A DNA stretch of 63,661 bases, the filler included, from Piptocephalis cylindrospora (lineage: Eukaryota): the NCBI GenBank assembly GCA_003614145.1. It is 4 parts of 4 records of this genome, joined end to end, with 100 filler letters (N's around TTAATTAATTAA, not from the genome) between each part and the next. Parts side by side here need not be neighbours in the genome. Positions count along the whole stretch, not along the records: positions 47,901 to 63,661 come from KZ987884.1; 3 more parts are not named here. One strand, written 5' to 3'. The translations under genes and the position numbers were made by a program. Shown here one piece after another: positions 47,901 to 59,466 of the stretch. Each line of letters opens with the position of its first letter. Position 1 is the stretch's first letter. Under the pieces are notes generated by a model, which saw nothing but the letters and a program-made list of their open reading frames with translations, had not been told where the DNA came from and did not search any database.

Positions 47901-49933
47901 AAGTAAGACTTAGAGTTGAGAGTGAGAAAGAGAAGCTACGCTATAGGGCCTTACCTTGCAACGATATTGATAGACACGGGGACATGCTGTTTGCTCGGCT
48001 TCCTCTAGATGAATCCACGACGAACAAGGCGACACATTCTGCTTCGGGATCGACGGCTCCAGCCCCTCCATCTGCCTACTTTACCCCAGCACCCTCCAGT
48101 CATCCTGTGGATATCAAGCTAGCTAAGGAGAATGGCTTGGTTCATCGACCCAGAGATCCGCAATTGTATGTGGGCATGGGCTTGTCATCCACACTCTTCC
48201 TTGTCCCCAATCATCTCCTGACTCATGTTCCCTTTCTCCTATCCATAGCTGCCGACATGGGGAAAAGGGCATGTGCGATTATTGCTCGCCGCTCGAGCCA
48301 TATGACCCAAAGTATCTGGCGGAAAATGCTATCAAACACGCCTCTTTCCACGCCCATCTACGGCATCTTCTCAGTAATCAATCCAAGACCTCCGACCCGG
48401 CTCATCAGCCTCCACCGCTAGAAGAGCCGGATTTCCGAGTCAAAACGTCATGTCCCGGAAGGCACGAACCTTGGCCTAAGGGTATCTGCAGCAAGTGCCA
48501 GCCCTCGGCTGTGACTCTGAACCGACAGGTTAGTTCATCCAGCTTTGGTGTTGAGCATTTTTCCTAACGTTCACTCTTTTACTTTCCAGGGATTTCGAAT
48601 GGTGGATCATCTTGAAGTGGCGTCCCCATCAATTATTGAGCACTTTCTTGAGGAATGGCGAGCCGCAGGAGCACAAAGATTTGGTTTCCTTTACGGCCGG
48701 TATCAGCCTCATCCTACGGTGCCTTTGGGGATTAAGGCCGAAGTCTACGCTATTTATGAACCTTTCCAAAAGGGAGACCGAGATTGGGTGGAGCCCTTGG
48801 CGTTTGAGGAGCCGGAGGAGGTCAAGGAAGTGGCCGAAGCGTGCGGTCTCGAGCGAATCGGGATGATTTGGACAGATTTGGTGGATGACGGGACAGGTAC
48901 AGGGAAGGTCCTATGCAAGCGACATCAGGATAGCTACTTTCTCAGCGCACAGGAATGCACCTTTGCGGCCACGATGCAAAGACGACACCCGTTCCGTACA
49001 CCATTGGACCGGTCCGGACGTTTTGGATCTCGATTTGTCACATGTGTCGTCTCGGGCAATGAGCAAGGGGCCATTGAGCTCACTTCGTACCAAATGTCTT
49101 TGGAGGCAGAGTCCATGGTGGAGGCAGAACTCGTAGTTCCCTCCCAGGACCCTTCCCAGTTACGGGTGGAAGAGGCAACTGCCACCAAGTATGTCCCCGA
49201 AGTCTTCTATACGGTCAAGGACAAGTGGGGTGTGGCGGTTCGGGAAACGGCCTCTCCATCCTTTCCCGTAGAGTACTGGCTGATCACGGTAAGCTTGAGT
49301 CAGGAGGAAAACAGGATAGGATACCTTTTTATTAACTATAGTTGATCATATTTGAATTATCATAGCTCTCACATGGATTCCCAACGGATCCCACTGGTTT
49401 CTTCAACAATACTGGCGCCACCCCGGTAGAGAGGGGCTATGCCTCGGGACAGTCAAAGGCCGCTGAGGAGAATGATCTTCCCATCTTGGCCAAACGTATC
49501 CTGCCTTCCTCTCCTTCCTCCCCAGATGCCGCTTTGACCTGGGAGACCTTTGACTTTTTCACCCTCATTCGTCTCCACCGATGCTCCATTTTATCCAAGG
49601 TAAAGACATTTGTGAAAGTTGAATGGCTTTTTTGAGAAAAGGCAGAACTCACTCTCCTTTTTGCTTCCACAGGAGCAAGTCAAGATGCTGGCCAAGGCAA
49701 CAGTGGTTAAGAATGATGCGAAGATCAGAGAGGTAGTACAATCCACGGAATGGAGTACTCTGGAGGCGATTTTACGGGAAGTGAAACCCACGGCGCCTCC
49801 GACCCCCAGCAATGTCACCTCCGTAGGCGGAGGCTCCAAGGGCCCATGGTCCTGTCCTCATTGTACCTTCACCAACGAGGGTGCTTCTGGGGATGATACC
49901 TGTGAGATGTGTGGGCTTCCCAGGGATGGATGA
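47901..49933 (+). CDS. NPL4: Cdc48/p97 cofactor Npl4 with C-terminal NZF zinc finger; 5' truncated, multi-exon
   Basis: HGDMLF, CRHGEKGMCDYCSPLEPYD, HEPWPKGICSKCQPSAVTL, FRMVDH, QRFGFLYGRY, SRFVTCVVSG, FPVEYWL; terminal WSCPHCTFTN...CEMCGLP. Confidence 0.96.
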
Positions 49934-50188
49934 TCCAAGAGGAAAGAAGAGGAGAGAAGAGAGTGCTGATGGGGGGGAGGGGAGACAAAGTCATTTGAGT
50001 GCAATTCAATCCGGTTTTTTTTGCATGTGTATATGTGCAAATAGAATATGGGCTCCATTGGCCAACGGTGATATAGCATCAATTCCAAGGAAAAGCCCCA
50101 TCGCTCTAGGACACACACTACAGCGGCAAAGAAACGTACAGTGCATTACAATCGGGATATAGCCCGAGCCCCTCCTCACCTACGTCGC

Positions 50189-50839
50189 TCAGACAGATTC
50201 ATTCTGAGCTCCTTCAACCTCAAGCTCAGTCATGCAAGAGAGAACAGCGCGGATAGGGGCAGTGGTGAACAGGGTACCAGGGTAGACGCGGGACCCCCAC
50301 TTGGGATGCTCAAGAAGACGACATCCACCAATGTCGACAGTGGCGTACCGAAGTAACCTTTCGGCCCCCTCAACATCTGGGTAGAAAGAGGGGCCCTGCT
50401 GAGTGTGAACAGGGAGACCGGAGGCGGGATCAGTCAAGTCGGCCCAGTGGCCCTCGGCGTGCAGGGCCAGGGTAAGACGATTGGCCCAGGTGGTGAAAGT
50501 AAGCAAAAGATGATCCTTTTCGGCAGCAGCCTCTGGAGTCCATGAAAGGATGGGGCAGGAAGTAGGCTGAAAGGTGGGGAGGATATGCAAGGTTGGGGCA
50601 TCTGGGCCGGAGGGCAGAGAGGGAAAGATGAGTTGAAGAGTTCGTCGAAAGGATCGAGGGCACGCGTGAATAGAGTATTGCAGGGGTAATGCGGGATTTT
50701 GGGGCAATTGAATGATGGTTGGATCGATGAGCGCGGTTGTCGATGGCCGCTTGCCAACGAGCTCAGAGTGCTCCCACTGACGAATAGGGGGAGCGGTTTG
50801 CAAATGGGCTGACGAGGCAGATTTAGAGGAGATTGACAT
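50189..50839 (-). CDS. MMADHC: Cobalamin trafficking protein CblD (MMADHC) homologue, 216 aa
   Basis: YSIHACP, EKDHLL..F..WA, GHWADLTDPASGLP, GGCRLLEHPKWGSRVYPGTLFTTAP. Confidence 0.88.
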   Translation of the reverse strand: MSISSKSASSAHLQTAPPIRQWEHSELVGKRPSTTALIDPTIIQLPQNPALPLQYSIHACPRSFRRTLQLIFPSLPSGPDAPTLHILPTFQPTSCPILSWTPEAAAEKDHLLLTFTTWANRLTLALHAEGHWADLTDPASGLPVHTQQGPSFYPDVEGAERLLRYATVDIGGCRLLEHPKWGSRVYPGTLFTTAPIRAVLSCMTELEVEGAQNESV

Positions 50840-51412
50840 GGTGGTTGCGAAAGGGCTGGGAGGAGAGGGGATGGGAGAAGGAGTATATCACCAGGATCGG
50901 ATTCTCCTAGCTTCTTTTTTTATATCTTTCAGAATTTCTTCTCTCCGCTTACCTTCGTATTGTATAAGGGTAACGATACAGCAGCGTTCCGATCCCGGAG
51001 CCAAACGAATCCACTCACCAAAAGGGACAGGGGTTTTAGTGGCGTGATTTTATCGAGTGTATCCTTGCGATTGGACAGAAGGGAGATGAGACGGCAAGAG
51101 GAGTGATCCGCTGTGTAGATGGGCCTATGAAAGGGTGTGCACGTTATGTTGTTGCCATATTCATAGAATGTCATTTGCCAACGCTTATCTCGTCTTGTGT
51201 GCATGTGTGTGTGTGTTCAGAGACACACATAGCTGTCCTACTGAGGATGGATGTGAGTGGTATGAAAGGAAATATTACCTGGGGAAATGTGGAGTCTGAA
51301 AGAGAATATCCCTCGTTGGGAGACATGGACAGCCTAGAAAGGTCTTGCTCAGTAAGCAGGGTAAGGATGACAAGGAGATGGAAAAGTTCATCTTTCCAGA
51401 CTAAGTAACAGT

Positions 51413-52476
51413 CTACTCGTTCACAGAAGTAGCAAGTGGAAGAATAAATAGGCGATCCCCTCCCCCACATCGCACTCGTACTTGGGAGCAAGCATAGGTT
51501 TCCTGACGGTAGCATGAGAGGACATCTTGTCCCTCTAGACTCTGATAAGTATCTTGAAGTACATGATTCGGGATGGGATTCAAGGACCAGGCAAAGCTCG
51601 AATGAAATATAGGAGGCTATGGGAGAGTGAGCACAGAGCACACCAAAGAGATGCAAATATCCTACCGAGTAATAGGGTTCCTGGCCAAATGAGCCAACAA
51701 CCTCGTCCACTCTCTCAACCAGCTTGGTCAACTAAAATGAACGAATCAGTGGATGTTGGGGAAAGAGGAGAAGATCGGATCCCTACCTGACCCGAGCCAT
51801 GACCAATATGATGGCAGGCAAAGTATCGAGTCTTAGTATCATTGGCAAGGATACATGGATCTGCATCAAAGGCCACTAGGAATCTATGGGAATGTGTGGT
51901 GGAATCAACAGGAGTAAAGAGACCCTCCCAACCAAGGACATCATCTTACGGCTCAACACTTCGAAGAAACTGAGTTAGCATCCGTACGAAAGGATCAATT
52001 TGATGGATCTGAAAGACAAAGCTCCTAGCTAAACTAATAGATCTCTCATCGACGGGGTGAGAATGTAAAGAGGGAGATCCCGGATGCGCTTTGATCCCTC
52101 TGACCAGATCCCTCTCAATCGTGAGCATTTCCTCGGTGGGTTGTACTAGGATGTATCAGTCGACCTGTATATATGGAGGGTCCTCCCCACCACACGACGA
52201 CTTACTGGAAAAGTGGATATGAATGGCCCAATTTCCTCTGATATGCGGGAATGTTCGAATGCGACGCTGACACTCCAATGGTCCACCTTCCCTCTGAAAC
52301 TGCTCTGGGCTAGAGGGCCTATCTAAAGAATGTTTGGTCCGTTTTTCTGGCCTTTCTTGCTCCTGAGAGGCTCTTTTGAGCCCTTCAGGATACCCAGACT
52401 GACTCTTTGAGTCCTGGCTCTCGTCTTCTTCCTCGGAACTGTCATAAGCAACCAACTTGGACTCAGAGAAAGGCAT
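51413..52476 (-). CDS. USB1: U6 snRNA phosphodiesterase Usb1 (2H family); multi-exon
   Basis: LVAYDSS start, RIRTFPHIRGNWAIHI, SISLARSF....HQIDPF, FGQEPYY, FHSSFAW; stop TAG 51415-51413. Confidence 0.88.
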
Positions 52477-52882
52477 GAAGAGGGATATATCAAAAAGGGT
52501 ACAATGGTGTAAGATGGTAGTAATGGGACCCTTCCAGTGTGCGTAGCAGATCCGATGGGTATAACCCCTTCCATCTGCTGAGATTTAATGTGGTTGGTGC
52601 TGTCATTGTGATTAGATGTGAATGACGAAAAGGTATACTGGATAAAAGAGTAGTCTTTCGGGATCACATGTCATTATCTCGACATCATTAGGGTCCTATG
52701 GCATGCTAGCACGTACCAATAGTAGTCATCTACTAGTTGAATATAGAAGGTGATAGTAGGGTATAACCAATCGATCTTCCAATGACCGTGTGGAGTCATA
52801 TCATACCACTGCCTATTCCTGAATATCCCATACCAGCCTCTCCTAAATCTCCACCTCCCCTCATCATCATTGACATCTAAAT

Positions 52883-54385
52883 TCACACCTGCCACCACTT
52901 TCGGTTTTTCTCCCGTTCAGCCAGTTCCTTGGCGAGGTCAGCAAAGCCAGAAGCTTGGCCCTCAAGAGCCTCGGTCCGATCCTGTATCCCTTGTAGCAGA
53001 TCACCTCGCTCGTTTAGTCGATCGGCCGCCTCTGTCAGCTCCCCGGGCGTCTTTAAGGTTTCCTCTGTGTGAAGGTTTTCACAGTCTTTGAGTGGTGCCT
53101 TGCCTGGATCAGCAAGGAGAGAGGCCCGGTCCGAGGCGTAGGAGGATACTTTTTTCCCTGTTACCTCCCCTTCTTCCTCGCCCTCCTCTTTGGATCGAGA
53201 CCGAGAAAGGGAGAGTGAAAATCGTTTCATGGCTCCGCTGAACCTACTGCTTAAGCTGCTATTTCGGCTTAATCTCGAGCCCACCTGGTCCGTCTCTTCC
53301 TGCTCCTCCTCATCCACTCGAATGTCTGTAGAATGGTCCTCCGAGGAGGGCTTTACTCCCTGACCGCTAACTTCAGAGGGAGCGCCTTGAGTATCGGAAA
53401 CGGGAGGATAGGACTCTTGGGCTTTGCTCTCGGGGTCAGCTGTGGACGTGGACGGGTTGCTCAATCGTTGAGTGATCCATCGGAAGGTATCCGAAGCTGA
53501 GGACAGGACGGATTGAGGCGTACCATTGGCGTCGGGATGTAAGGCTGAAGGCATAGACTGGGTCTTTTTGGCTGGGGCATCAGCCATTGGGGGATCGATT
53601 ACCTCTCGAGTTCCATCCGCCATGGTGCTTGACTCAGGTACCTCCCGGATTCCAGTTTCCGTAGTAATCGACTCGGGAGCCTGCTGCGCCTCTCTCGTTA
53701 AATTCACCTGATCGTCAATTCCCCCACTGGCCAGCTGATCATTCTCCCACTGCAGGAGTAGCGTGTCCTGAGAGGGCCGTGGAGGGAGTTCGGGCCTTGT
53801 AAGTTCCTTGAGATATGAATCGATAGCCTCATTCGATTTCTGGGCCAGAGGTCTATCGGGCAAGGGTGGAGGAGTGGTTGAGCTAATGGGCTTTCCGAGA
53901 CGATCAGGTAAATCCGGTGGGATGTTGCTTTTATCCTCCGGGATCTCTCTATCCTCCGGGGCCTCTCTATCCTCCGGGGCCTCTCTATCCTCCGGGGCCT
54001 CTCCTTGAACCTCGTCCTTTCCCACCTCCTGATTATCATTCTCGCTGATGGGAGCAATTACTTTCTCTGGCACGATATTTTGAATCGGAGAGGATTCTTC
54101 CAGGGAAATCGGGTCTGCAAGGTGGGGTATGTTGTCGGGGCTGGCTGGCCCATCTCGTCCCTCATCATTTTCTTGATTATCCACCAACACGGATGAGTCA
54201 GAGAGCGGGGTCACAATGGTACATTTGTCCTCCGTCATCGAAACCGCCACATCAGTCTTGCCCATGGAACCAGCAGATGGGGTAATATCTTGGTTGAAGT
54301 CGTCCTCGCCAGAGCTATCCCTGGCACTTTCCTCTCGAACGAGGGTCTCCTTGGGATGTATAAGAGGATGCGATGAAAGAGGCAT
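52883..54385 (-). CDS. Acidic disordered protein with a C-terminal R-SNARE (tomosyn/amisyn-type) motif and no transmembrane anchor, about 500 aa
   Basis: ELTEAADRLNERGDLLQGIQDRTEALEGQASGFADLAKELA, then RKWWQV and stop. Confidence 0.8.
   Translation of the reverse strand: MPLSSHPLIHPKETLVREESARDSSGEDDFNQDITPSAGSMGKTDVAVSMTEDKCTIVTPLSDSSVLVDNQENDEGRDGPASPDNIPHLADPISLEESSPIQNIVPEKVIAPISENDNQEVGKDEVQGEAPEDREAPEDREAPEDREIPEDKSNIPPDLPDRLGKPISSTTPPPLPDRPLAQKSNEAIDSYLKELTRPELPPRPSQDTLLLQWENDQLASGGIDDQVNLTREAQQAPESITTETGIREVPESSTMADGTREVIDPPMADAPAKKTQSMPSALHPDANGTPQSVLSSASDTFRWITQRLSNPSTSTADPESKAQESYPPVSDTQGAPSEVSGQGVKPSSEDHSTDIRVDEEEQEETDQVGSRLSRNSSLSSRFSGAMKRFSLSLSRSRSKEEGEEEGEVTGKKVSSYASDRASLLADPGKAPLKDCENLHTEETLKTPGELTEAADRLNERGDLLQGIQDRTEALEGQASGFADLAKELAEREKNRKWWQV
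53932..54000. repeat. Coding 18-bp tandem repeat (EAPEDR x3 plus a degenerate copy)
   Basis: CTCTCTATCCTCCGGGGC at 53945, 53963, 53981. Confidence 0.9.
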
Positions 54386-54741
54386 AATGAGGCGAAAGAT
54401 ACGAAAAGAAAGTGGTACACAGGATGAGGGTAGCAATGAGAGAGGGGGGAGGGGGGTGATGAGGAGAAGTCGACTGCAAAGGACAAGGAAAGAATGTGCC
54501 CTTTATCCATGTAGGAGTCTAACGAGGCGCCCTCTTTCCCTCTACTATCCTGTTCGCACACGCATACAAGCCTTGTTTCACGGAGGAATAGGCATGAGCA
54601 GGTCATGGTGTCACGCGGTAGCATCACGCCTATGAATCGCTTCAGTAGAATTCCTTCCTGCAGGTCCCACTCTCACCATCCTCCCATACACTGTCTCTTT
54701 GTACAATGATGGCAATCATGCACTCCTAAGCATCTCAAATA

Positions 54742-56028
54742 TTACTGTAGACACACCCGACAAATAACACCCTTGTCCTTGACATTGTCACCCGTCGTCC
54801 CAGCTACCCAGATCCAAGCGGGATCAGTGGAAGGAACAAAGGCATTGACCTTGACAATGGGCTTTACCTCCCAGGCCCTGAGGGGAATTCCCTGGGAGAT
54901 GTCCCATTTCCGGACTGTCCCATCATTCCCCCCAGAATAGAGCATGGAAGAGTCGACAGGATCCAGGGTGAGGGCATTCACGGCGGAAAGGTGGGCATCC
55001 TGGATCTGCCAAATCCTCTGGCTCCACTCCCTCTTTACCTTTCCTGTAGCCTTGGGGAAGGAGCCAGTAGGGGGGTGGTAGGAACGAAGTAGGCCATCTC
55101 CACACCCGACTACTAGCCCCCGACCCGATGGTTCCCATAGCATGCTGTAGACAAAGGGCGGGTTTAGAACCTGAGCAGCCCCCTCATCCTCGGGCCTTTG
55201 AATGGCATACGTCCCCAGAGGACGGCCTCTGGACGTATCAGTCCGAATTACATGGGCATCCATGCCCCCCGACGCTACTTCATGACTAAATCCCGGTCGG
55301 AATCCCACGACCATGCCGAGATTATCATGAACGGACCGAATGCCCTTGATGGCCTTTCCCGTCCGGGACTCCCACAACCGGATGTCCCCAGTGTCGTCGA
55401 TCGTGGCCAAGGCATCCTCTTTTCCATTCAGACTCATATCATTGACTTCCTCCCCCTGTACTGCTACATCAATGGTGAAGAGGGCGGAAGAGGGCTGGAG
55501 GATAGGGCCTGTCTCCTCCCGGAGGTCAAAGCAGTGGATCTTTGGGAGAGAGGATGGATTGGCCAGGGGAATTCATGGTGTAAGATGATCCATTTCCATC
55601 CATCTCACTTACCTGATGGCCCCGAGCAAGGTAGAGATAATAAGGATTGGAGGGTGATTTGCTAAAGACGACGCGAGTGACCTGAACAAGGGGACATGAT
55701 CCGTCAGTGTTAGTGGAGATATGGAATCCAGAGCAGCATAGCACAGCTTATCCAGCTCATCTACACCTACCGGAACGACCTCCCCAGGAGCTCGAAAGGC
55801 ACGAATCACCTTTAGACTACCAAGATCCCATAAACGACACGTTCCATCCTCTGTGTGTGCTCAGAGTTTGTTAGAAAGGGTCCAAGAGAGGCTGAGTCAA
55901 AGACACCCTGCTTCAACCCTACCTGAACCAGAAGCAAGGACCGAGCCCAGAGGACCGGTGGAAGGAGCGATATCCAGACTTAAGACGGGGGCACGATGCC
56001 CACGCAAGTATATGGTTTCCTGGGACAT
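54742..56028 (-). CDS. WD40-repeat protein, WDR53-like; multi-exon
   Basis: LRGHRAPV..LASGS|EDGTCRLWDL, LATIDDTGDIRLW, HDNL...FRP...VASGGMD, QVLNPPFVYS, YSGGNDGTVRKWDI. Confidence 0.8.
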
Positions 56029-56305
56029 GAGCTTACTGGGGGGAAGGGAGGAAGGGTGGGTGAAAGCAAGAGAGACGCGAATATATCCGTAAGTGCGGAG
56101 GATCATATCATTATCTAATTTTCTCTAATCACCTCAATATATTATGAATCAATTAGAAGGCTTCATGGAAGCATCCCTGCATCCAGCAGAATTTACATGG
56201 ATGGCCCATTAGCCATCCACCTCGATCAGCATCCAATAAAAGACTACTCAGCCATCTTTAAAATAGTCCTAAAGCTATAATCACACACCCATCCTAGAAC
56301 ATGAA

Positions 56306-57842
56306 TTAGATCCGACCATCCTTCTCTGAAGAGAATGCACCATTGCTCCCGGTATAACTGTTAGAACCGGACCCAAGAGAACCGTTTTTCTCAGGAAGAC
56401 GAATTCCAAGGATCATAAGCATACACAGACCCCGAAAGGTCAGAGACAAGTCGGCTGTGATGATGTAGACGGCGTACTGGCCCGGACCCTTGATCAGCCC
56501 CGTGATTGAGGCGACATTGCAAAGAGAAAGGATGAGGAAGGAGATAAAGGCAAAGAGAGCAAGGACGGCCAAATGAGTCAAGGCTCGGACGGTACCCGGC
56601 GTAATACGGACAGAATCACGTCTGTTGTAGAACTGATAGGCACAAACGATGTACACAGCCCCAAGAACGAGCATGCTGACGGTGTTAGCGATGAACATGG
56701 AGAGTAAAAGGAGATGCAAGTCATCGGCGTTGGACCGAGCTGTGGGTTCCATGGTGTGATAAATGAGATTGGCGATGAGGGTAATCTTACTAGTGATCAT
56801 GGCCAACCAGATCCCATGCCTGACGTAGGTCAACCAGGATTTGGAATGGACCCGCGTCAGAAAATCCGTCCACAGATAAACTAGGAGCTCCAGAGCTAGG
56901 GTTCCAAAGGCATCCGACAAGGTGACGAGGGTGCGCGTTGGGTAAGATTGATGCCGAAGGAGGAAAGTCGGGATAATGCATCCGAGAGAGGCAAGTGAAA
57001 GAAGGAAGATGGCATTACGAAGATCCAGGACCAGATGGTTCGCCATGGCCACTCTCACTAGGTTATATATGGCTCTAAGGGCGAGTGTGACACACTATAT
57101 CCCAAAGATAAGGGCAATATCAGAGAGGAACGAGGAGAGGCTCATCACAACATACAATACTTACAACAGTGGCAACGAGAAGGGAGTAGCTTCGATAAAG
57201 GACGTGCTCGAAAATGGCATTCCAGGGCCCAGGACCAGCGATAATCTGAGTCATTCCAATGGTTTTACGGGCCTCTACTGCCTCGGCAATTCCTTGATAA
57301 TCTTTCTGATTGATCAGGATAACGTCCACCCCAGGCACGGGTCCATCCTTCCCATGCACCCCTCCCTGGTACGCATCCATGTACATAGGATGGCCAAAGG
57401 CCCAATCGGAAGACATGGTATAGGCGATGACCAGGGTCCGGAACTTTGTGGGTGCACGGATGATCGACATGCTAGGAGCATAGTTTTGGGCCGCACGAGC
57501 CAGGTCATTGAAGGTCTCACACCCAGCATCGACAGCGCCGTCCCAGGGAACTATGACGAAGACCTCAGTGAAGTTATTGACGGCATTGGGAAAGTAGGCC
57601 TGATTGGGACTAGTGTTGAGCACAGGGTTGCAGACTTGGCCCGATGTATTTGAAAAGGTCATTACATCCAGCATCCCTTGACGGGCAAAGCCCTGGCTGC
57701 CATATTCAAATGCTGTTTGGGCCGGAATCACATACGTGGATTGGTCGGGAAAGGTCATGCTCAAGCTACCTTTCGAGGCATCTTCAGCCTTGGCTTGAAT
57801 CAGAATACCCAGAAGGGCAATGGTGAAAAGGAGAAGACGCAT
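56306..57842 (-). CDS. Signal peptide + about 190-aa ectodomain + seven predicted TM helices (GPCR-like orphan); exons 57842-57165 and 57094-56306, about 488 aa
   Basis: Leader MRLLLFTIALLGILIQAKA; a phase-0 GTAAGT...TAG intron at 57164-57095 joins the two ORFs; seven hydrophobic segments follow GPGPWN. Confidence 0.8.
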
Positions 57843-58094
57843 GGCTCCTTTGAGGAGGAATGGAGAGGGAAATGGGTATCTGGCCTGCAGATATCCGATG
57901 AGGGAGTATCCTGAATAGTAGGAAACAAGAAAGCGGGAAAGAGAAGAGAAAGGGAGAAGAGGGAAGAAGGGAAGGGGGAAGAAGACGGACTGCCTATGAA
58001 AAGAGATAAAGCGACTGTGAGGCAACCTCTAAATGAAAAGGTGAATGTATGAAGTTCTCAAATGCATAGAGGCAAGGCTTCCGTGAGTATATAT

Positions 58095-58160
58095 CGGAGT
58101 TTCCGGAGTAGGGAAGGGCGTGGACTCCGACCATACGCGCTCACTGGGACTCCGACCATA
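58095..58160. promoter_or_regulatory. Cluster of CGGAGT/ACTCCG motifs with a 14-bp direct repeat upstream of the 7TM gene
   Basis: CGGAGT at 58095 and 58104; ACTCCG at 58124 and 58149; GGACTCCGACCATA at 58122 and 58147; TATATA adjacent at 58088-58093. Confidence 0.45.
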
Positions 58161-58631
58161 TAGGTTCATTAGATCTCTAATCGCTCCTATAAGGCGTTGA
58201 TCACTCTGCTTACTGAGTCTTTAGTAGCAGCATCTGGCTATAATAAGGATCCCCGACTGATCTGTATAATAGGTAGGGGAGTGTGAGGTGGGAAAGGGTT
58301 CTACTCCCATGTTTTGGTGCAGCCAAGTGTGCTTTAAGAAAAACTCTTCCTTCCCTGTTCCAAGCGGGCACGAACGTAGACGAGATCAGGAAATGGTGGA
58401 AAGGATGGGTGAACAGAGTATCTATTATGATAGGAATCAGGAGAGAGTAATACATGGTCAAGGATATCCCTTCCCACCAAATAAGACCCTTCTCGTCAGA
58501 GATCGTCCCATAAAAAGATGCCGTTTCATATATGCTATCTATCACGATGGGGTGTACAAGTCCATAGGAGACAGGGCTTCTCCATACGTTCCCAAGAAGG
58601 TATAGCAAAAAACATTCGTGATTCATCTACA

Positions 58632-59466
58632 CTACTCAGTTTGCTCCTGGAGATGGACAAGAAAACGCGTCAGGATATACGCAGTCAAGCCCCAGATTTC
58701 TACTCCAGCTACATGGTCTTCCACCCTCCATTGAGCCACCCAGGGCCCAGTCTCGCGGAATCGGACCATATGACATCGTTCAGGGTCCAATAGCTGACTT
58801 AACGGGAGGGAGAAGATGTGAGCCACCTCAGAAGGATTGGGGACGAGACCAGAGAGGTCATTCATGGCTGGAAGGACCCCAACTACGGGAGATACCTTTA
58901 TGCTAAGGGTCTTATTGGGCAGTGGAGGAAGATGGCCAAGAATACGAATTGACCCTGCATTGACCCCAATTTCCTCCTCGGCTTCCCGTGTTGCCGTCCT
59001 TTCCGGGGACCCGTCCTCTGGATCAGCCTTTCCACCCGGAAAACTAGGACCGGGTGGACCAGAGGGTGTCAGTCATGCCAGTCACAGCCACCTCCCTCCA
59101 TGCCTACCTAATCTCTCCTCGATGAGAATTTAGATGGGAAGTGCGAAGTGTAAAGAGAATGGATGGAACACCAGAGACCTGACAAAGAGGAACAAGGACT
59201 GCGGCTTCCCTAGGGGGAAGGTCTGTTCGGTACCGAAAGCGTACAGAAGATCTTGAGGGCTTTTTCAGTGCACGGACAATCCGGTCAAGCTCCAATTCAT
59301 CCTCAAGGTTGCTTGGGAGGGGCACGTTGGTAAAGGGTAGAGGTGGGGTTGAGGTAGAATTGGTTCTGGTCAGGGTGAGCCTTGGTGTTGAAACCATGGG
59401 AAGTATGAAAGACTTCCTAACACTCCCTACTCTACAATGGGTCATCAACCGGTGGGGAAGGAACAT
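58632..59466 (-). CDS. Nudix CoA pyrophosphatase (NUDT8/Pcd1-like); 2 exons
   Basis: AAVLVPLC..ILFTLR..L.SHRGEI|SFPGGK..ATREAEEEIG Nudix box; PNPSEV, IWGLTA. Confidence 0.9.

Noticed and set aside
52883..56028. WD40 gene plus downstream R-SNARE gene as one split tomosyn
   Set aside because: The WD40 gene has its own stop at 54742, is a single WDR53-like propeller, and the SNARE ORF has its own ATG; tomosyn has a double propeller
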